DNA from: Torpedo marmorata
Lineage: Eukaryota
Assembly (NCBI GenBank): GCA_977017645.1
Contig: OZ360254.1
Location: 30,318,001-30,382,000, forward strand
Direction of reading: 5' to 3'
DNA length: 64,000 bases
Position 1 is the stretch's first letter. The number at the start of each line of letters is the position of its first letter. This document shows, in pieces, positions 62,975 through 64,000 of the stretch. The translations under genes and the position numbers were made by a program. The notes beneath the pieces are model-generated. The model was not told where the DNA came from. It ran no database searches and worked only from the letters and a program-made list of their open reading frames with translations.

Positions 62975-63802
62975 AAGAAGTGGCAAATGAAATATAAAGT
63001 CAGAAAGTGTACGGTCATGCACTTTGGTAGAAAAAAAACAAATGGGCAGACTATTTATTTATTTATTTTTTTTAATGGGGAGAAAGTTGAAAAAAACAGA
63101 TGCAAAGGGACCTGGGAGTCCTCGTGCAGGATAGCCTGAAGGTAAACTTATATGTTGAGACGGTGGTGAAGAAGGCAAATGGAATGCTGGCATTCATTTC
63201 AAGAGGAATAGAATACAAGAGCAGGGATGTGATGTTGAGGCTTTGTAAAGCACTGGTGAGACCTCACTTGGAGTATTGTGAGCAGTTTTGGGCACCTCGT
63301 TTGAGAAAAGATGTGCTGATGTTGGAGAGGGTTCAAAGGGGGTTTATTAGGATGATTCCAGGTATCATACGAGGAGCGTTTGACAGCTCTTGGACTGATT
63401 AATTGGAATTTAGGAGAATGAGGGGGGATCTCATGGAAACATTTCAAATATTGAAAGGCATGGACAGAGTAGATGTAGAAAGATTGTTTCCCGTGGTGGG
63501 AGAGTCTAGGACAAGAGGGCACAATTTTAGGATTGAAGGGCGTCTGCTTAGAACAGAGATATGTTGGAATTTCTTCAGCCAGAGAGTGGTGAATCTGTGG
63601 AATTTGTTGCCACAGGTGGTTGTGGAGGCCAGGTCATTGGGTGTATTTAAGGCAGAGATTGATAGGTTCTTGATTAGACAGGGCATCAAAGGTTATGGGG
63701 AGAAGGCCAGGCAGTGGGGCTGAGAGGGAAAATGGATCAGCTCATGATTGAATGACTCGATGGGCTGAATGGCCTATTTCTGCTCCTATGTCTTATGGTC
63801 TT
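62975..63802 (+). mobile_element. CR1 LINE 3' fragment
   Basis: ORFs 63100..63402 and 63403..63723 are RT C-terminal peptides; (TCTTATG)n-like tail. Confidence 0.88.
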
Positions 63803-64000
63803 CCAGTTTGAAACGCCACTCATTCCTTTTCTCCCACTGACGCTGCTTGACCCGCTGAGTTCCCCCCGGCAGATCGACTTTAGGCGCAGAAGTACTATCT
63901 TTAAATTCAGCACAAACTTTAAAACCAGATTCAAGTTTAATCAGATGCCTGGCAAGGTGTAAACTCAGCCAGAGATTGGCGCTCATGTGGCCAGGTTATT

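Overview
Eukaryotic, repeat-dense vertebrate genomic DNA; the SINE/LINE content points to a cartilaginous fish (shark or ray; inference). Two spliced genes face each other tail to tail. On the + strand are the last nine coding exons of GPR108 (1209-35998; the 5' part lies outside the window). On the - strand is a six-exon RDH8 photoreceptor retinol dehydrogenase (52203-39846, 316 aa from the ATG at 52203), with intact SDR motifs and a C-terminal VxPx motif. All exons were read by hand, have GT-AG boundaries and keep phase. The rest is mostly mobile DNA: a near-intact L1 ORF2, a near-full-length CR1 with an esterase ORF1, Rex1/Babar and Tx1 fragments, many tRNA-derived V-SINEs, Penelope-like remnants with hammerhead-ribozyme-like motifs, Chapaev3, hAT, piggyBac and Tc1/mariner-superfamily MITEs, two solo LTRs and minisatellites. 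Several insertions are clearly nested. I see no clearly new biological system. The most interesting signal is the family of short Penelope-derived elements carrying a minimal hammerhead motif, one of them inside a fold-back hairpin in an RDH8 intron. Repeat boundaries are approximate unless TIRs or TSDs are quoted, and family names come from motif recognition, not database searches.
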